From Paragordius varius (lineage: Eukaryota; Animalia; Nematomorpha), in the NCBI GenBank assembly GCA_964247055.1, contig OZ176053.1, positions 5,642,001-5,706,000 of the forward strand: 64,000 bases of DNA. Reading direction: 5' to 3'. This document shows positions 61,369 through 64,000 of the stretch, in pieces. Position 1 is the stretch's first letter, and each line of letters opens with the position of its first letter. Below the pieces are notes generated by a model. It was not told the DNA's origin, did not search any database, and saw nothing but the letters and a program-made list of their open reading frames with translations. Made by a program: the position numbers and the translations under genes.

Positions 61369-62136
61369 AATTTTCGCGAAAAATGCTATAATTGAAAAAT
61401 AAATTAACGTTGATAAAAAACTGTATTGTAATAATATGGAAATATTTGATGCGCAAAATAAATGGTTGGCTTTCTTTGTGATCAAATGCTGAAAATGTTT
61501 TGGTCAAAACTTATACCTATACAATTTATATATTTCGCCCAAATTTTGAAACCACATTTATTTAGCTATATTAACAAAAAACTTTGGTAGATTGGATTTT
61601 ACCGGGATGCTTTAAAAGAATGTGAACGGTTATGATTTTATCTAAACAGTACCATAATTGATTAGATTAGTAAAACCTTAAGCACAAAATTCTAATAATA
61701 ATAATAAAAACAATAAGCGCTAATACACCCAAATATTATTGTAAAATAATAGATCTTCACAAGGTTTGAAAGAACTCGTTGCTAACAAGGGTAAAAAATT
61801 TTGTAAAAAAGTATTTTCGCTCAGAAATATTTTATAAATTAGACGACATAAAAGAGGATTAACTCATGTATTAAATTGATAAATCTGTCAAAATATATTA
61901 CGAATCATAATAATCCATTTTTCACTATCTATTAATTTAAACTCATCTTAAATAAACCAAAAAAATCTTTTTTAAAATGATAAATACCAGAATAGAAGGT
62001 GTTATGCGTCAAATTTTCTCGTCTAATAAATCTTTGATAGAATTTAAGAAATATGGTTATATAAGAAAATAAAATATAATTGCTATAAATAACAAATTTT
62101 TTTTTATTCACAAGTATGTACAATAAATTGATGTAA

Positions 62137-62608
62137 TTATCGACGAGGAGGACCGCGTCCTCTCCCGCGACCACCACGTCCACGACCTCTTCCACCACGA
62201 GCTCCACCAGGTTTGCGAACTAAAATAATTGAATATTATGTAAAGAGTGTTCACTCATATATATATATATATGCCAAATACTTACTGTCACGTTTTTTGT
62301 GTGAAGTTTCCTCCGTCAAAAGATTATCGATGTTTAATGAGTCAGGTAAAATGCAATATCGTATGTTATTTCCACGCACACTAACGCTATCTTGGCTAAC
62401 TGGTTCGGAATTTTTGTGGGTAACTTTGCATGCTTTTAAATGTATATTCATAGACATATCAACACCTTATAATAACAATAAAATATACCGCATATTGTCC
62501 CGTAGATTTGGGTTCCATTTTTTAGCTCAACCGTAACCGTTTCATGACTCAATTTCATAAGAAATCTAAAAAACAATAAAAATTGAATGCATACCTAACT
62601 AACTTCAT
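62137..62608 (-). CDS. SNRPD1: Small nuclear ribonucleoprotein Sm D1
   Basis: Exons 62608-62595, 62565-62489, 62465-62286, 62219-62137: MKLVR|[25 protein letters not shown]|[11 protein letters not shown]...VRGNNIRY...|RG-repeat tail ending GPPRR*. Confidence 0.97.
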
Positions 62609-64000
62609 TCTAATTTATATGGCCGCCACACAAACAATAAAAAACAAACGTATGATATAATACGAATTTTATAATTATCAGAAGAATAGATGTTTCAATG
62701 TATAAGCATCCTAATGCAATATAATAGGAGTAAAATTGTTTCAGTTTAAAATATAATGGCAAAAATAAATATTTTCCTCAGAATTTGGACACAATAATGA
62801 AAATATTTATATCAAAAACATTCATCAATCATTAAATCAAGAATATATATATAATGTGAGGACAAGAAAAATGTCAAAATCTCATATTATGCCTTTTCGG
62901 GTAACACAGATCATATTAAAATTTCACGTCCAGGGGTTAATAAAATATCTGGATGAAATATATCTGATGGTATATCAGGATTATCATGGTGCTTTTCGTA
63001 TGGGCCATACGAGTGATATAAGAAATTAATATGACATTATAATAATTGCTCCTTATTAGAAAATAACAAAATATGCACATATTTTGTTAATTTTTTAATA
63101 CCTTTTGAATTTTGTCCTAATTTACCTGTTGGGGTATTTTCCCAAATAGTTTTGTAATAAAACTTTTTGAAAGCTGTTGTTAAATGTTAATTATAAAACA
63201 TCGTTCACATATATTAGATAAAAAAGCTAGAGTCTAAAACTGGTAGAGCTCCAAGTTTGAAACGAACACCTGATTTTAAAATTAAAATATATCATGTTTT
63301 TGGTGGAAAAATGTAGAAGCATGTTAAAGTAAATTATTTACACGTTTTAACCATAATATACATTTTAGCCTGTTGCATGAAAAAGATAGAAAAAATGGCG
63401 TCAAAAAAGTTTGATATCAGGATTTTATGATTTTACATTTTTGGCAAAATTTTGTTAAAATTACATATTTGAAAAAAATTAGCATTTTTTTGAAAAAATT
63501 TATGTTAAAATTTGACATATATTTTAAAGTTTTCATCCCGCGATTTCTGCCTTTTGCGCCTTTTAGATAACTATTGCATACACATCCTTAAAAAAATCTT
63601 TTGAAACTACTATATACTAATAGGAAAATGTATCGGGTTTATCAACGTTTGTTTTGGCTCTTATCTAGTGTTTTAATAAAATTTTATACATTTTTTTGGT
63701 AAGTTACTCAAAAAATTGCAAATGTGCACGTTTTGTTAATAAATATTTTTTAATGAAGGCTAAAGAGGCTGTATTTGCAAAATTATCACTTTAATATATC
63801 ATAAATGAAGTAAAACAAAAGAAATAATATTGGTAAATTAATTCAGAAAAATGTTTATTTATTTTATCATTGTTTAAAATCGATATTGCATGGGTTAATA
63901 AAAAAGTTCCATTTGACTTGCAAAAGCGAGGCAAGTTGACCACCAAATACAAGTAAGCCTGCAATAGTACACTTGAAGATCGGTGAAAAAAAAACATTTC

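Noticed and set aside
61932-62207. Val-rich ORF ([13 protein letters not shown])
   Set aside because: It is an alternative frame of the SmD1 RG-repeat exon.
62900-64000. Possible gene upstream of SNRPD1 forming an operon
   Set aside because: 62960-63020 and 63370-63620 are repeat fragments, and the candidate exons at 63115-63270 hit stops or cannot be chained. A TM-like stretch at 63900-63990 may be the end of a gene outside the window but cannot be identified.

Overview
Very AT-rich, intron-containing animal genomic DNA; the organism cannot be named from the sequence alone. Splice-aware reading gives nine protein-coding genes: NUP93 (-, runs off the left edge), a MARVEL-domain membrane protein (-), SSR1/TRAP-alpha (-) head-to-head with TSR1 (+, start codons 86 bp apart), an ADAMTS-like metalloprotease without TSP repeats (+), an orphan Ser/Thr-rich secreted or anchored protein (+), a group I-type metabotropic glutamate receptor (-), an ARID5B-like BAH+ARID protein (+) and SNRPD1/SmD1 (-). 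Introns and intergenic DNA hold RTE-like LINE remnants and many non-autonomous DNA transposons (hAT-, Tc1/mariner-, piggyBac- and foldback-like), plus a diverged ~160-bp satellite. Main observations: (1) a class of ultra-short 23-33 nt GT-AG introns, mostly at gene 5' ends, alongside kb-sized introns; (2) a core-intact type I hammerhead ribozyme on a long hairpin, with a second decayed copy 23 kb away; (3) splice acceptors 1-13 nt upstream of several start codons, a hint of trans-splicing; (4) a one-residue deletion in the mGluR ligand-binding loop. All gene models and family assignments come from manual translation and remembered homolog sequences; no searches were run.
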